Below are positions 17,597 through 28,231 of a stretch of 57,186 nucleotides of DNA, in pieces. The translations under genes were made by a program, and so were the position numbers. Source of the DNA: a virus (taxonomy: Duplodnaviria; Caudoviricetes); IMG/VR virus record IMGVR_UViG_3300020151_001089, positions 1 through 57,186 of that record, one strand, 5' to 3'. The notes under the pieces are model-generated. The model made no database searches and was not told the origin of the DNA. It was given only the letters and a program-made list of their open reading frames with translations. Position 1 is the first letter of the stretch. Each line of letters begins with the position of its first letter.

Positions 17597-17779
17597 TTGG
17601 TCCATATGGACCTTGAAAATTACTTTAAGTTGAACTTCGCTTTGATGCAGTACCATAAATACTCATTAACGGAGATTGAAAATATGTTGCCGTGGGAAAG
17701 AGACATTTATGTTGCTTTACTCCAAAATCATTTAGAAGAAGAAAAACTTAAGCAGCAACAACAAAATGGCGTTAAGTAA
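17597..17779 (+). CDS. Baseplate hub assembly protein gp51
   Basis: LENYFKLNFALMQYHKYSLTEIENMLPWERDIYV. Confidence 0.88.
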   Translation: MVHMDLENYFKLNFALMQYHKYSLTEIENMLPWERDIYVALLQNHLEEEKLKQQQQNGVK

Positions 17780-20201
17780 ACCAAAGTTTATCGATAAGTT
17801 TTGGCCAGTATCTACAATTGTTGCAAGTAGAACTGGTCAATATAAAAGAATACTTGCTCAACGAATGGAGAGGAACAAGTATTTAATCGAGAATACTTAT
17901 GGTATAAAGGCTGATAGAGTTTTAGATACTTTTATTAAAGCATATTTGGCGTCGGATAAAGATTATCCTGCACCAATTGATGCTGTTCAAAATCCACAAA
18001 ATACGAAAGATTTTGATTTATATAATCAATATATTTTATTTTTGTGGGAATATTATGTAAAAGATAAAAGTAAGAAGAAGAAATTAGGTGTAGAAAAACC
18101 ACCAACTGGGAGTGGCAATAATCCTCCAGATGGGTTGGTATTTTATGATGGTAAAAAAGAAGAAGATTTAGTTGATGAAGAAATTGATGAAAGAGTTTTA
18201 AAACTTCTTGGATTACAAGATGTATTTGATATTGATTATGGAACTTATCTTACTCTATTAAAAGAGAAGATGATGTCTGCTAGGATGGCATCTACTAGCA
18301 TTCCAACAGAAGAAATAGAATTGCTGACAAATGAATATAGGAGAGTAAAGGGTAAAGTTGGTAGGTTTAAAGTAAAATCTAGAAAAATTAGTGCAGATAC
18401 TATAAAATCAACTGGTCCTATAAGAATTACAAAAGATCAGTTTTTTCTTGCTGGTAAGGTATCAATTCCAGATGTAAAACAAGATAAGCAAGCAGAAACT
18501 GGTGATGAACCAAGTAGTTTGAGGAAAGATATTAAAATTATTAGATCTAGTCTTGAAAATATTGCTTCTCTTTTATCAAGTCAGAATAAATTATTTCAAA
18601 AACAATCTGAACTCCAAAGATTATCGGGAGAAAATAAGAAGAGAAAGAATAAAGAAGAAAAATTAGAAACTGTAAAGGGTGCATTAAAAAACGTAGCTCA
18701 GAAAATAATTGCACCATTTCAAAGTATACTTGATAAGATTATTAATTTTATTGTCAATATGCTTTTGGGAAATTTCTTTGTAAAGTTGATGGACTGGCTT
18801 GCAAATCCTGAGAATTTTGCAAAAGTAAAAAATATTTTTAGATTTCTTAAAGATTGGTGGCCTGCATTATTGGGGGCATATCTTTTATTTGGAAATGGTA
18901 TAGGTAGATTTGCAATAAAACTGACAGCATCTCTAATAAAATTTGGTTTTAAATTAACTAAAAAAGTTTTACCACAACTATTAAAGTTTTTAAAAAGTCC
19001 CTTAGGTATGGGTATTGGTTTATTTACTGCTGGTGCTACAGTTCCAATGTTATTTCCTCAAACTGTAGATGCACAGGAAAGGAAAACTGCCGCTCAACCA
19101 GGAACAAACAAAGAAAAAATTGAAAGTTTAAAACAACAAAAACAGAATTTAAACTTGTTTGAAAAAATGCAAGGAAAGGGTTCTGAAATAGATGAACAAA
19201 TTTATTCTTTAGAAACTGGAAAAACAAAATCTTATGCTAATGGTGGATTAATAACAAGACAAAAACCTCAGGATTTTTATACACAACCAATAAACGTTAA
19301 AGATATAGGATTTGCTGGTGGTGGTGCAATTAATAATGATACTGGTGTTCAAGTAACTGGTGCTGGAAAAGATACTCAGTTAATCGCAGCACAACCTGGT
19401 GAAGTTGTTATGAATAAACCAACTGTGGATGCTGTTGGTAAAGATTTCTTCTTGAATTTAAACTCAAGATTTGGTGGTGCAAGAGCTAACATGCCAAGAA
19501 TGTATAATAATGTTCAATTAGCTGCTAATGGTGGTGTTGTTGGTGGTGGAAAAGTTGAAAATAAAAAAGAAATATTACCTTCTTACGGTAAGAGAAAACC
19601 TCAAGGTAATTTTTCTAAATTATCACCTTTTAGTATGAAAGAATCTTTTATGAATTTTGGTGATACAAATATTGATAAAAGTAAAACCTCAGTTTTCAAT
19701 CAAGAATATTTGAATAAGACATCTACACCTAAAAAATCAACCCCGATGCAGCAATGGGCTAAAAAGTTTCCTGATTTAGCTAAGAAAGTGAAACCAGGAC
19801 AATCTGGATATGATGAAATTCAATCAATTATAAATCCAAAAGTTGATGTTACTAATCTATTTTCATCTTCTTTTAATCCATTATTCAAAGATGTTATTGC
19901 AAATGTTTTTAATAATAGTGTTGATGGGTTAAATTTTAATACTCAAAATAATGTTACAGTAAGTGGAAATAAACAAGCTAATTTTATTCCATCAAAACAA
20001 AATGTTTATGTTCCTCCACCTCCACCATCATCTAATTCACCAAATATAGTTTCTTTACCACCAATTAGAAGTGGTAATAAGTCTGGAGGTAGTGGATCCA
20101 ATCAAAGTCTTGGAAGAGATATACCCAATTTCCCAGTATATCAAGATACAATTAGTAGAAGAGTTAACATTCAAATCTACGGAATAGCAGGATTGATGTA
20201 A
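17766..20201 (+). CDS. Large virion protein (hub/tape-measure-like)
   Basis: 811 aa with coiled-coil and hydrophobic segments; GKDTQLIAAQPGEVVM motif; follows gp51. Confidence 0.6.
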   Translation: MALSKPKFIDKFWPVSTIVASRTGQYKRILAQRMERNKYLIENTYGIKADRVLDTFIKAYLASDKDYPAPIDAVQNPQNTKDFDLYNQYILFLWEYYVKDKSKKKKLGVEKPPTGSGNNPPDGLVFYDGKKEEDLVDEEIDERVLKLLGLQDVFDIDYGTYLTLLKEKMMSARMASTSIPTEEIELLTNEYRRVKGKVGRFKVKSRKISADTIKSTGPIRITKDQFFLAGKVSIPDVKQDKQAETGDEPSSLRKDIKIIRSSLENIASLLSSQNKLFQKQSELQRLSGENKKRKNKEEKLETVKGALKNVAQKIIAPFQSILDKIINFIVNMLLGNFFVKLMDWLANPENFAKVKNIFRFLKDWWPALLGAYLLFGNGIGRFAIKLTASLIKFGFKLTKKVLPQLLKFLKSPLGMGIGLFTAGATVPMLFPQTVDAQERKTAAQPGTNKEKIESLKQQKQNLNLFEKMQGKGSEIDEQIYSLETGKTKSYANGGLITRQKPQDFYTQPINVKDIGFAGGGAINNDTGVQVTGAGKDTQLIAAQPGEVVMNKPTVDAVGKDFFLNLNSRFGGARANMPRMYNNVQLAANGGVVGGGKVENKKEILPSYGKRKPQGNFSKLSPFSMKESFMNFGDTNIDKSKTSVFNQEYLNKTSTPKKSTPMQQWAKKFPDLAKKVKPGQSGYDEIQSIINPKVDVTNLFSSSFNPLFKDVIANVFNNSVDGLNFNTQNNVTVSGNKQANFIPSKQNVYVPPPPPSSNSPNIVSLPPIRSGNKSGGSGSNQSLGRDIPNFPVYQDTISRRVNIQIYGIAGLM

Positions 20202-20202
20202 T

Positions 20203-23200
20203 ATGAATTTAGATCCTAAAAAACTTCTTCCAACATCTAAAAAATCTGAATCTCAGAAAGTTAATGCTGAGAAATTTTTAATACCAGTAAAAAATATACA
20301 ATATAAAGATATTGTAAAATTATCTGAAAATAAAAAAGATGATGATCAAAAAGTTAATAAATCGAGTTTACGAGAAGAAATTCTTTCTATAAAAGAATCA
20401 ATTCTTACTATTGAAAAACACATATCAAAATCTTTAAATTTACAAAAAGAGCAACAAGTAAAAGATAGAATAGATAGAGAAAACCAAAAAAGATCTGAAC
20501 AGGAAGAGAAGTCTGAGAAAAAAAATAATTATGGTTTAGGTAATATTGTAAAAAATATACCCAAACCAAGATTAAAATTTATTGATTGGATTAAAAATTT
20601 TGTATTGAATATGTTTCTTGGATATTTTGCTGTAAGAATAATAGATTATCTACCAACTTTAATATCAATAGTAAGTAAAATAACACCAGCAATAAATTTT
20701 ATTGGTTGGATGGGTAAAAATTTGATAAAAGGTTTTATTGATTTTGTTGATTGGGGATATAAAGCATATGATTCTACTAAAGGATTTGTAAAACAACTAG
20801 GTGGTACTGGTGCCGAAAAAGTATTTGATGAGTTCTCTAAAAATCTAAATGATGTTCTTAATTATACTATAATTGCTGCTTTAGGTGTAGCAGCTCTTGC
20901 CAATAAAGTTAAAGATAAACCTTCTGGTAAAGGGGGTCGAGGACAACAACCAACGGATCCTCGTACTAATAGACCAATACCAATAAACAAAAAAGGTAAA
21001 TATTCTTTCCATAAGAGTGGTGGTGCATACCATGAAGAAGTTTTTAGAAAAACTGATTGGTCTGATGCTCAATATTATGCAAACCAAAATAAAATAATGC
21101 GAAGATACGCCGAAAGATATGGGCGTGATGCAGCAATTGATAAATTTGGTAAAGGGAGTGTTAAAGATCTTGGTGGAAAGTATGGTAGATCTAGATTAAG
21201 TAATGTCGCAAGAGCGGGTGCTGTTAAATTAGTTGGTAAATCTGGTGCAAAGACTGTCTTAAAATTTACCAGACCTCTTCTAAAAAGACTTCCAATAATT
21301 GGTGGTCTCATTGACTTTGGTTTATCTGTTGCCATGGGTGAACCATTAGGTAGAGCAGCATTTTCTGCTATTGGTGCTGCTCTTCTTGGAACGATTGGTA
21401 CTGGATTTGGTGGTCCAATTGGTGCTGTTCTTGGTGGACTTGCTGGAGATTGGGCTGGTGGTAAATTATATGATATTTTGTTTAATGGTAAAAAAGATCA
21501 AGCAAAGGATAAAAAGGTAAGTGGTAAAGTCCAAGGTGGATCAGTTACACCTACACGGGGTGGATCTACTGTTGGGGGAAATATTGGTAGATCTTTAAAG
21601 ATAAAAAGAACAACACCTAAACAACCAAAATTACAAGCACCAAAATCGGATCCTGGTAAAAATATTGGTGGTGAAAAAGTAATAAGTAAAATATTCCCTA
21701 AGGAAAATCCTAATACGTTAGATCAAATTAGTCCTCTTAGATCTCTAAAAACTACATCTAATATATTAAAAGGTGGTCAATCAACACTACTAAGTCAGAC
21801 TATGGCTGTTGGTGTTGATCTTGCTATGGGACAAAAACCTTCTAAAGCATTTTATTCTAAGTATGGAAAGGCATTTGGTTCTTTTATACAGGAATTAGTT
21901 AACACTAATATGGAAGTAACAACACAAGATACTGCAAAATCTATTCTCGCTATGGCTACTGGTGGTGTTATTCCACCTAATATGCCATCTAGAGGACCAA
22001 ATTTTGGAGCAAAGGTTGGTGAAATTTTAGCAAATACATTTTCTAATTTAGTTGAAAAGCAAGCAGCATCAATTCTTACTGCTTTAAGGGAAGAATCGAA
22101 TAAGAAACCAATCAGTGGAAATGTTCCAGGTGGTCAAACCACACCAGATGGTGAAGTTGATGTTCAAGGTGGAACTTCTGATTTTTGGACATTAGTTGCT
22201 ATTGCTTCTAGAGAAGATGGTGAACCTCAAGCATGGGCAGATGTTGCACAATCAATTTACAATAGACTTGGATCTGGAGCATACTCAGGAAAATCTATTA
22301 AAGATTTAATACTTGGACAGATGCAATATGAACCAACGTGGAAATTTCCTAAACCTGGAACAATTGGAGTTCCAAATCCAGAGTGGAGAAATATTACTGA
22401 TGCACAATCTGCATCTGCAGCTTCTGGTCAGTCTCCAGAAGCTATGAAAAAAGTTGCTGCCGCTCTCTTGGATCCAGCATTACAAAAAAATGCTAGAGAG
22501 TTTATACAAGGAAGGACTGATTTTAGGGGATATAGTGTATCTGGAGGTGTACAGAGAAAAGGTGGAGACAATTATTTTGGGTGGTATAATAATTACAGAG
22601 ATAATAAAGTTGCATCTGTTCCTAATTTTGGAGCAACTGCATCTGGTGGAGGTGGTGGATCTGGACCTAATATTCAACTAGGTAAAGGTTATGGATCTGC
22701 TGGATCTAAAATTGCAGGAGAGCTTGGTAGATTTATTAAACAAAAACTTAGACAAGGACCAGACTTTCAGGCAGTAACTGAACACCCAGAACATGGGGGA
22801 GTTCGTGGTAGACATGCTGATGGATCATTACATTATTCTAATCGTGCTATTGACATTGGTGCATATACGCACGAACAGGGTCCAATTCTAAGGGTAATAT
22901 CTGAATTTAACAGAATGAAAGGTATTAAACCCGTTCAATTGTTGCATGGTGGAAATGATTCTGATCATAGAGATCACGTTCACGTTGCTTATGGAAACGG
23001 TGGATTAGTAACTCAACCAACTCATGCTTTGATGGGTGAAACTGGAAAACCTGAAATGGTATTAGATCCAGACACAACTAAAACAATGAATAATGAATAC
23101 CCTGGAATGTTGGCAAAATTAAATTCTGCTAAGAATAAGAAGCAAATATCTGAGGTATTAAATTCTTATGCATCATATGAAAATAATGGAGGAAAATCTA

Positions 23201-23328
23201 CTATAATTTTAGTTCCAATTGAAAAGCATGTAAATACTAGTGGAAGATTGCCAATGCCCACTCAAAATAATATTATGGCATCCACAAAATCATCATTAAT
23301 TTCTAGTATAGAAACTCAACTATCATGA
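20203..23328 (+). CDS. Large hub/tape-measure-like protein with putative cell-wall hydrolase and M15-like peptidase domains
   Basis: Gly-rich hydrophobic helices; AIASRED...ADVAQSIYNR...QYEP; H...SLHY.NRAIDI...DHVHVAY. Confidence 0.65.
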   Translation: MNLDPKKLLPTSKKSESQKVNAEKFLIPVKNIQYKDIVKLSENKKDDDQKVNKSSLREEILSIKESILTIEKHISKSLNLQKEQQVKDRIDRENQKRSEQEEKSEKKNNYGLGNIVKNIPKPRLKFIDWIKNFVLNMFLGYFAVRIIDYLPTLISIVSKITPAINFIGWMGKNLIKGFIDFVDWGYKAYDSTKGFVKQLGGTGAEKVFDEFSKNLNDVLNYTIIAALGVAALANKVKDKPSGKGGRGQQPTDPRTNRPIPINKKGKYSFHKSGGAYHEEVFRKTDWSDAQYYANQNKIMRRYAERYGRDAAIDKFGKGSVKDLGGKYGRSRLSNVARAGAVKLVGKSGAKTVLKFTRPLLKRLPIIGGLIDFGLSVAMGEPLGRAAFSAIGAALLGTIGTGFGGPIGAVLGGLAGDWAGGKLYDILFNGKKDQAKDKKVSGKVQGGSVTPTRGGSTVGGNIGRSLKIKRTTPKQPKLQAPKSDPGKNIGGEKVISKIFPKENPNTLDQISPLRSLKTTSNILKGGQSTLLSQTMAVGVDLAMGQKPSKAFYSKYGKAFGSFIQELVNTNMEVTTQDTAKSILAMATGGVIPPNMPSRGPNFGAKVGEILANTFSNLVEKQAASILTALREESNKKPISGNVPGGQTTPDGEVDVQGGTSDFWTLVAIASREDGEPQAWADVAQSIYNRLGSGAYSGKSIKDLILGQMQYEPTWKFPKPGTIGVPNPEWRNITDAQSASAASGQSPEAMKKVAAALLDPALQKNAREFIQGRTDFRGYSVSGGVQRKGGDNYFGWYNNYRDNKVASVPNFGATASGGGGGSGPNIQLGKGYGSAGSKIAGELGRFIKQKLRQGPDFQAVTEHPEHGGVRGRHADGSLHYSNRAIDIGAYTHEQGPILRVISEFNRMKGIKPVQLLHGGNDSDHRDHVHVAYGNGGLVTQPTHALMGETGKPEMVLDPDTTKTMNNEYPGMLAKLNSAKNKKQISEVLNSYASYENNGGKSTIILVPIEKHVNTSGRLPMPTQNNIMASTKSSLISSIETQLS

Positions 23329-24629
23329 CAAAAAGAACTGTAAATTCCGCTGCAGAACCAGCAAATATATTAAAATTTGAAATAAAATCATCCGCTACTG
23401 GAGGATTGGCTGATGTTAAAGCTGGAGTTGTTCATCTTGCATATTTTGAGAGTATACTTGAAAACACTATAAGAGTAACTGCTACTATAATTGATTCTGG
23501 AAATGCCTTACCAGATGCTTCAAATCCTGGTGAAATGGTAAGTGTTTTGCGAGGATTGAAATTATCTGGGTTTGAAGAAGTTAAATTAATTTTTACAGAC
23601 AATCAAGATCCTCCATTTAAAATGGAATTTGAAAAATTACGTATTGCGAAAATAAGAAACATATATTCACACACTCAAAAAACTTCTTACACTATAGATC
23701 TAGTAAGTAATGAATTTTGTACAAATGAAGAAGAACCTAATTTAGTTTATAAAAGATATGATGGGGAAATATCATCTTCTGTTAAAAAAATAATTAAAGA
23801 AAATTTGAAAACCAATAAAGATGTTGATGCTGATTTAACTAATAATACTTATAATTTTACTGGTAATGCTAAAAAACCAATGAAATTATGTACAGAACTT
23901 GCTAAGTATTGTGTTCCAGATGGAATACCTAATGCTAGAGGAAAAATTGCTGGATATTTGTTTTTTGAAACTTATGATGGATATAAATTCAAATCTATTG
24001 ATAAATTATTTCAAGGTACATATAAAAAGTATATTTACAATTTAACTGTTGGTGAAGTACCATCTGGATATGATGGGAAAATATTGGAATACCATTCTGA
24101 TAAAACAATAGATGTGCAACAAAGATTGCTTTCTGGTGCTTATGGTACTAAATTAGAAGGATTTGATCCATATCAGGATAAATTTGGATTTAGTAAAGTT
24201 AATCAAGATCAGCAACCTGAATTGGGTGGAAATACTTCACCATTTATACCATCAGAATTTTCTAAAATAAGTAGAAAGTCACAAAGACGTTTGGATGTTG
24301 GTGAACTTCCTAGTGGATCAACAAGTGAACAGCAATTGAAAAACGCATTTGATGAAAATCTAAATGCTGGTATTACCGTAGCACAATCTGCTATGAGATA
24401 TAATCAATTATTCAACATTATTTTGACTATAACAGTAGCTGGAGATTTTACATTCCGAGCTGGTTCATTAATATATTGTGATTTTCCTGGAACAAGTCCA
24501 AAAAATAATCCCCGACCAGACCCAGAGATAAGTGGTATATATATGATATCAGATGTATGTCATTACATAGAACCAAAAAGAACGTTTACTAAAATGCAAT
24601 TAGTTCGTGGTTCTTTTGGAAGAATCTAA
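23325..24629 (+). CDS. Baseplate hub / gp27-like tail protein
   Basis: YFESI...GYLFFETYDGYKFKSIDKL...V.GDF..RAG...SGIYMI..VCH. Confidence 0.65.
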   Translation: MTKRTVNSAAEPANILKFEIKSSATGGLADVKAGVVHLAYFESILENTIRVTATIIDSGNALPDASNPGEMVSVLRGLKLSGFEEVKLIFTDNQDPPFKMEFEKLRIAKIRNIYSHTQKTSYTIDLVSNEFCTNEEEPNLVYKRYDGEISSSVKKIIKENLKTNKDVDADLTNNTYNFTGNAKKPMKLCTELAKYCVPDGIPNARGKIAGYLFFETYDGYKFKSIDKLFQGTYKKYIYNLTVGEVPSGYDGKILEYHSDKTIDVQQRLLSGAYGTKLEGFDPYQDKFGFSKVNQDQQPELGGNTSPFIPSEFSKISRKSQRRLDVGELPSGSTSEQQLKNAFDENLNAGITVAQSAMRYNQLFNIILTITVAGDFTFRAGSLIYCDFPGTSPKNNPRPDPEISGIYMISDVCHYIEPKRTFTKMQLVRGSFGRI

Positions 24630-24644
24630 ACCAGAATTAAACAA

Positions 24645-24857
24645 ATGGAAAACATCAATCAGCACATTGAACAAGATAAAAAATTACTTGATGATCCAAC
24701 TATTTCATCTCAAGCAAGAAGGCATACTCAAGAAGAATTAATGTCTTTGGAAAAATATAAAGAGCGTCATCCAGAAGATGATCATGATCCAACTGGACTT
24801 GAATTATATTGTGATGAAAATCCAGATGCTCTTGAATGCAGAATATATGAAAACTGA
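24645..24857 (+). CDS. cp12: CP12 (Calvin-cycle inhibitor), phage type
   Basis: C-terminal ELYCDENPDALECRIYE with Cys pair; 70 aa; lacks the N-terminal Cys pair. Confidence 0.88.
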   Translation: MENINQHIEQDKKLLDDPTISSQARRHTQEELMSLEKYKERHPEDDHDPTGLELYCDENPDALECRIYEN

Positions 24858-27601
24858 TGGAAAATACTCTTACTTTATTTGATACAAATGCGTATGTTAA
24901 TTATTGGGAAGGAATAGTTGTAGGTAGATCCGAATGGCCAAGAACTGATACTCCCATAAAATCTTCTGAAGAACTTAATAATTGGGCATATCGTGTTAAA
25001 GTACGAATACAAGGAGTACATCCAGCAGATAAATCTTTATTACCAGATTCTCAATTACCTTGGATAGAACTTCCAGCAAATCCTTTCGGATCTGGGCATA
25101 GAGCTACAGGAATTACTCCTGGGATAACACAGGGATCAATTGTATGGGGAATATGGGCAGTGCCAGCACTGAGGCAAAGACCCATTATTCTTGGTATAAA
25201 ACATAATAATGAACAGACACCTTTAACAAGATCTCAACGGAGTGGATTTGATCCTCTTAGTGGATTTACATCTCAGGATGTTGTTCCTGGTTACGCTGTT
25301 CCTTTAACTGAAGGTAATCCATTAGAAGGAATTGCTTTCGGTAATTTCTGGAATCAATCTGATAAAGGTAAAATGGAGGAATATGTTATTCCTCTTAAAT
25401 CACCTTCTCCATGTACAGCGTCTCCATTATCTGGAATAATGATGACGATGAGAAAATTGATACAACAAATAGAAAAGATAAGATCACAAATAAGAACATG
25501 GGGTTCTGCTGCTCAATCTTGGATATCTGAAAAACAAGCCTATATTCAAGATTTATTGCAGAAAGCTGCTAGGAAAATTTCAGAAGGAATTCGTTGGTTA
25601 ATAGAAACTATAAGGAAATATACTATTGAATTTGTTGAAGATAAAATAAAAAAATTGATGTATAATGTCAATCATTCCGATAGACAAGCTGCAAAATCTG
25701 CAAAAGATACTGCTATGCAACTTTTGTCTTGTTTGTTTAACAAGATTATAAATGCTCTTCTTGGAATGGTTCTTAATATGCTCAAAAATGCTCTTGGTAG
25801 ATTTATAAATGTACCCAAGTGTGTTGTTGAAAATCTTATGGGATCATTATTAGGAAATCTTTTTGGATTTCTTTCTGGTGCAATAGATAAAATACTTCAA
25901 CCAATTTCTTCTATAATTGGTTCAGTAGTTAGTGTTGCTGATGGTATTCTTGGAGCGATAACATCTCTCATAGGATTTTTTGCGTGTGATGATCAGATGG
26001 AATGTCCAGAAACCACACAATGGCATATACACAATGGTGGGAGAGCACCTATTACTTTTGACATACAAACAATTTTTGATCAGGCAAAAAGTATTGCTGT
26101 TGATGTAAAAAAAATTGTTGATCCTGAAAACTTTACATTTGATCTCCCTTCTATATTTTCTAATGTAAATTCTTGTTTTACTGGACCAATTCTTTGTGGA
26201 CCACCTAAGGTTGAATTTTTTGGTGGTGGTGGAAAAGGTGCCGCAGCAAATGCAATAATAAATGGTCTTGGGGAACTCATGGGAGTTGATATAGTTTCTC
26301 CTGGATCTGGATATACTAAACCTCCTTTTGTAAATCTTGTGGATGATTGTGGTAATGGGAACGGTGCAGTATTAAGATCTGTTATTGGTGATCCTACAAC
26401 TATCGGATCAATTACTTATGGAAGTCCATCTGGAAATACAACTAAACAGGGTGGTTCAGCATCTTTTAGAGTAAGGGTAAGTGGAAATCCAACTTCTGAT
26501 GTTTTTATTGATTTAACTCTTAGTGATGAAATGCAGGCAAAAATTTCTTCAGGAACACAATTGTTATCCAAATTAACACTTGCCTTTTCTCCTGATGGAA
26601 CTGCATATACTAAACAACAAAACTTTACTAGACCTATAGATGTAACTGTAAGAAAAAATGGAACTAAAAGTGCAGATTTTATCATCACTTTAATTGGTCA
26701 AAATGATGGAGTTCCTGGAGATACTTCTTATACAGTTAATGGTTCATCAAGATCGAAAGATCCTGTTTTTAATGGAAGAACTGGATCTGTTCAATTGAAA
26801 AATATTGGAACATCATCATCTTCTGGTTCTACTACAAATTTACCTGGTGGTGGTACTGATAGGGAACCAACACAAACACCATTAGTACCGTTACCACTTA
26901 CACCTGAACAATATGTTGGTATTGGATCAACCAATCTTCCTTTAGCACCAGATATACCAACAGAAGTTGGTGTAATTCGGGTAATTGTTGAAGAATCTGG
27001 GTTTAATTATCTAACATCTCCAAATGGATCTTTAGGTGGGGATGGTAGATTGTGGGCAACTCCAGAACAATTTGTAGTTACCAGATCTGATGGAACTTAT
27101 GATGATCCTTATGATTCCGAAGATCAAATTGAACCACCTTTATCTTCTGGAGATAAACTTAGTAGACCAGAAGATAGGGTCCAGACAATTCTTACTGATG
27201 GAATTGTTGGTGGGGGAAGATCAACAGAATTTCCAACAAATGGTGATGGAAGTTATCCTGTTCTACTTTATTTGTGTGATGTAATAGTAGAAAGGGGTGG
27301 TATTAATTATAATATAGGTGATAAAGTTATAATTGAACCTAATAGTGATGGTGCAATTCTGGAACCAGTTATTGGACCTTTTGGATCTGTGGAAAAAATA
27401 ACTATTGTTTCTCCAGGTATAGGATATACTGTAAGACCAAATATATACGTTGAAAGTCAAACTGGATATAATGCAATTCTTATTCCAGTATTATGTGTAA
27501 ATAGGATAGGTGATGATACGGAAGGAACTATTTCTTCTAATGTTAAACCAGCAGACATTATAAAAGTTATTGATTGTGTAGGTACAGTTGATAACTCATA
27601 A
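24857..27601 (+). CDS. Baseplate hub/spike gp5-like protein (N-terminal OB fold, no recognisable T4 lysozyme domain)
   Basis: W.G.V...RVKVRI.G.HP......LPW...G..VWG...PIILG; G.GYT.PP repeats. Confidence 0.75.
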   Translation: MENTLTLFDTNAYVNYWEGIVVGRSEWPRTDTPIKSSEELNNWAYRVKVRIQGVHPADKSLLPDSQLPWIELPANPFGSGHRATGITPGITQGSIVWGIWAVPALRQRPIILGIKHNNEQTPLTRSQRSGFDPLSGFTSQDVVPGYAVPLTEGNPLEGIAFGNFWNQSDKGKMEEYVIPLKSPSPCTASPLSGIMMTMRKLIQQIEKIRSQIRTWGSAAQSWISEKQAYIQDLLQKAARKISEGIRWLIETIRKYTIEFVEDKIKKLMYNVNHSDRQAAKSAKDTAMQLLSCLFNKIINALLGMVLNMLKNALGRFINVPKCVVENLMGSLLGNLFGFLSGAIDKILQPISSIIGSVVSVADGILGAITSLIGFFACDDQMECPETTQWHIHNGGRAPITFDIQTIFDQAKSIAVDVKKIVDPENFTFDLPSIFSNVNSCFTGPILCGPPKVEFFGGGGKGAAANAIINGLGELMGVDIVSPGSGYTKPPFVNLVDDCGNGNGAVLRSVIGDPTTIGSITYGSPSGNTTKQGGSASFRVRVSGNPTSDVFIDLTLSDEMQAKISSGTQLLSKLTLAFSPDGTAYTKQQNFTRPIDVTVRKNGTKSADFIITLIGQNDGVPGDTSYTVNGSSRSKDPVFNGRTGSVQLKNIGTSSSSGSTTNLPGGGTDREPTQTPLVPLPLTPEQYVGIGSTNLPLAPDIPTEVGVIRVIVEESGFNYLTSPNGSLGGDGRLWATPEQFVVTRSDGTYDDPYDSEDQIEPPLSSGDKLSRPEDRVQTILTDGIVGGGRSTEFPTNGDGSYPVLLYLCDVIVERGGINYNIGDKVIIEPNSDGAILEPVIGPFGSVEKITIVSPGIGYTVRPNIYVESQTGYNAILIPVLCVNRIGDDTEGTISSNVKPADIIKVIDCVGTVDNS

Positions 27602-27628
27602 CATATAAATTTAACCATTGTAAATTTA

Positions 27629-28216
27629 ATGGCACTACCGCAAACAAATTCAAAAAGAATAGGTACACACGAAGGTGAATTAAAATTTGGACATGTAGAC
27701 ATGAATGGGTCAATGTCTGGTGTCCAACTTAGAAATGGTCCTCCTGGACCAGAAGCAGAACATTATATGCAATTTGTTTCCACTGGAAAACAAAAAGGTG
27801 GAACAATTAATCGTTGTCCAAGAACATATCAGATTTGGTGTTCTGAAAGATCTGTAGATGGTATTGGATTTATTTTAAACGTTGCTGATGGTGATATCGT
27901 TATACGTGCAGAAAATGGCGATATACGATTTGAAGGTAAAAATATTATGGCTGTTGCTGGTGGATCTAATGGTAAAGAGGGGTATATAAATCTTTCTGCA
28001 GATGAGAAAATTGTATTGCAATCAAAAAATATACAAATTGATGGAACCTCTGTGGTTAAGTTTTTCTCTTCTGGATTAATGGAAATGGTTGGTAAAAATG
28101 CTGTAAATTTTTATGGTGGAATGGTTGATTGTGCTGATAGTTGTACAACAGCTCCTGGAGCATTATCAAAACCATTCCCATCTCCATTTGAAATCCAAAA
28201 TCTCTTAACAGTTTAA
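27629..28216 (+). CDS. Spike/gp5 C-terminal-like beta-rich protein
   Basis: Repeats such as GDIVIRAENGDIRFEGKNI; directly follows gp5. Confidence 0.55.
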   Translation: MALPQTNSKRIGTHEGELKFGHVDMNGSMSGVQLRNGPPGPEAEHYMQFVSTGKQKGGTINRCPRTYQIWCSERSVDGIGFILNVADGDIVIRAENGDIRFEGKNIMAVAGGSNGKEGYINLSADEKIVLQSKNIQIDGTSVVKFFSSGLMEMVGKNAVNFYGGMVDCADSCTTAPGALSKPFPSPFEIQNLLTV

Positions 28217-28231
28217 AATAGGAATAATTAA

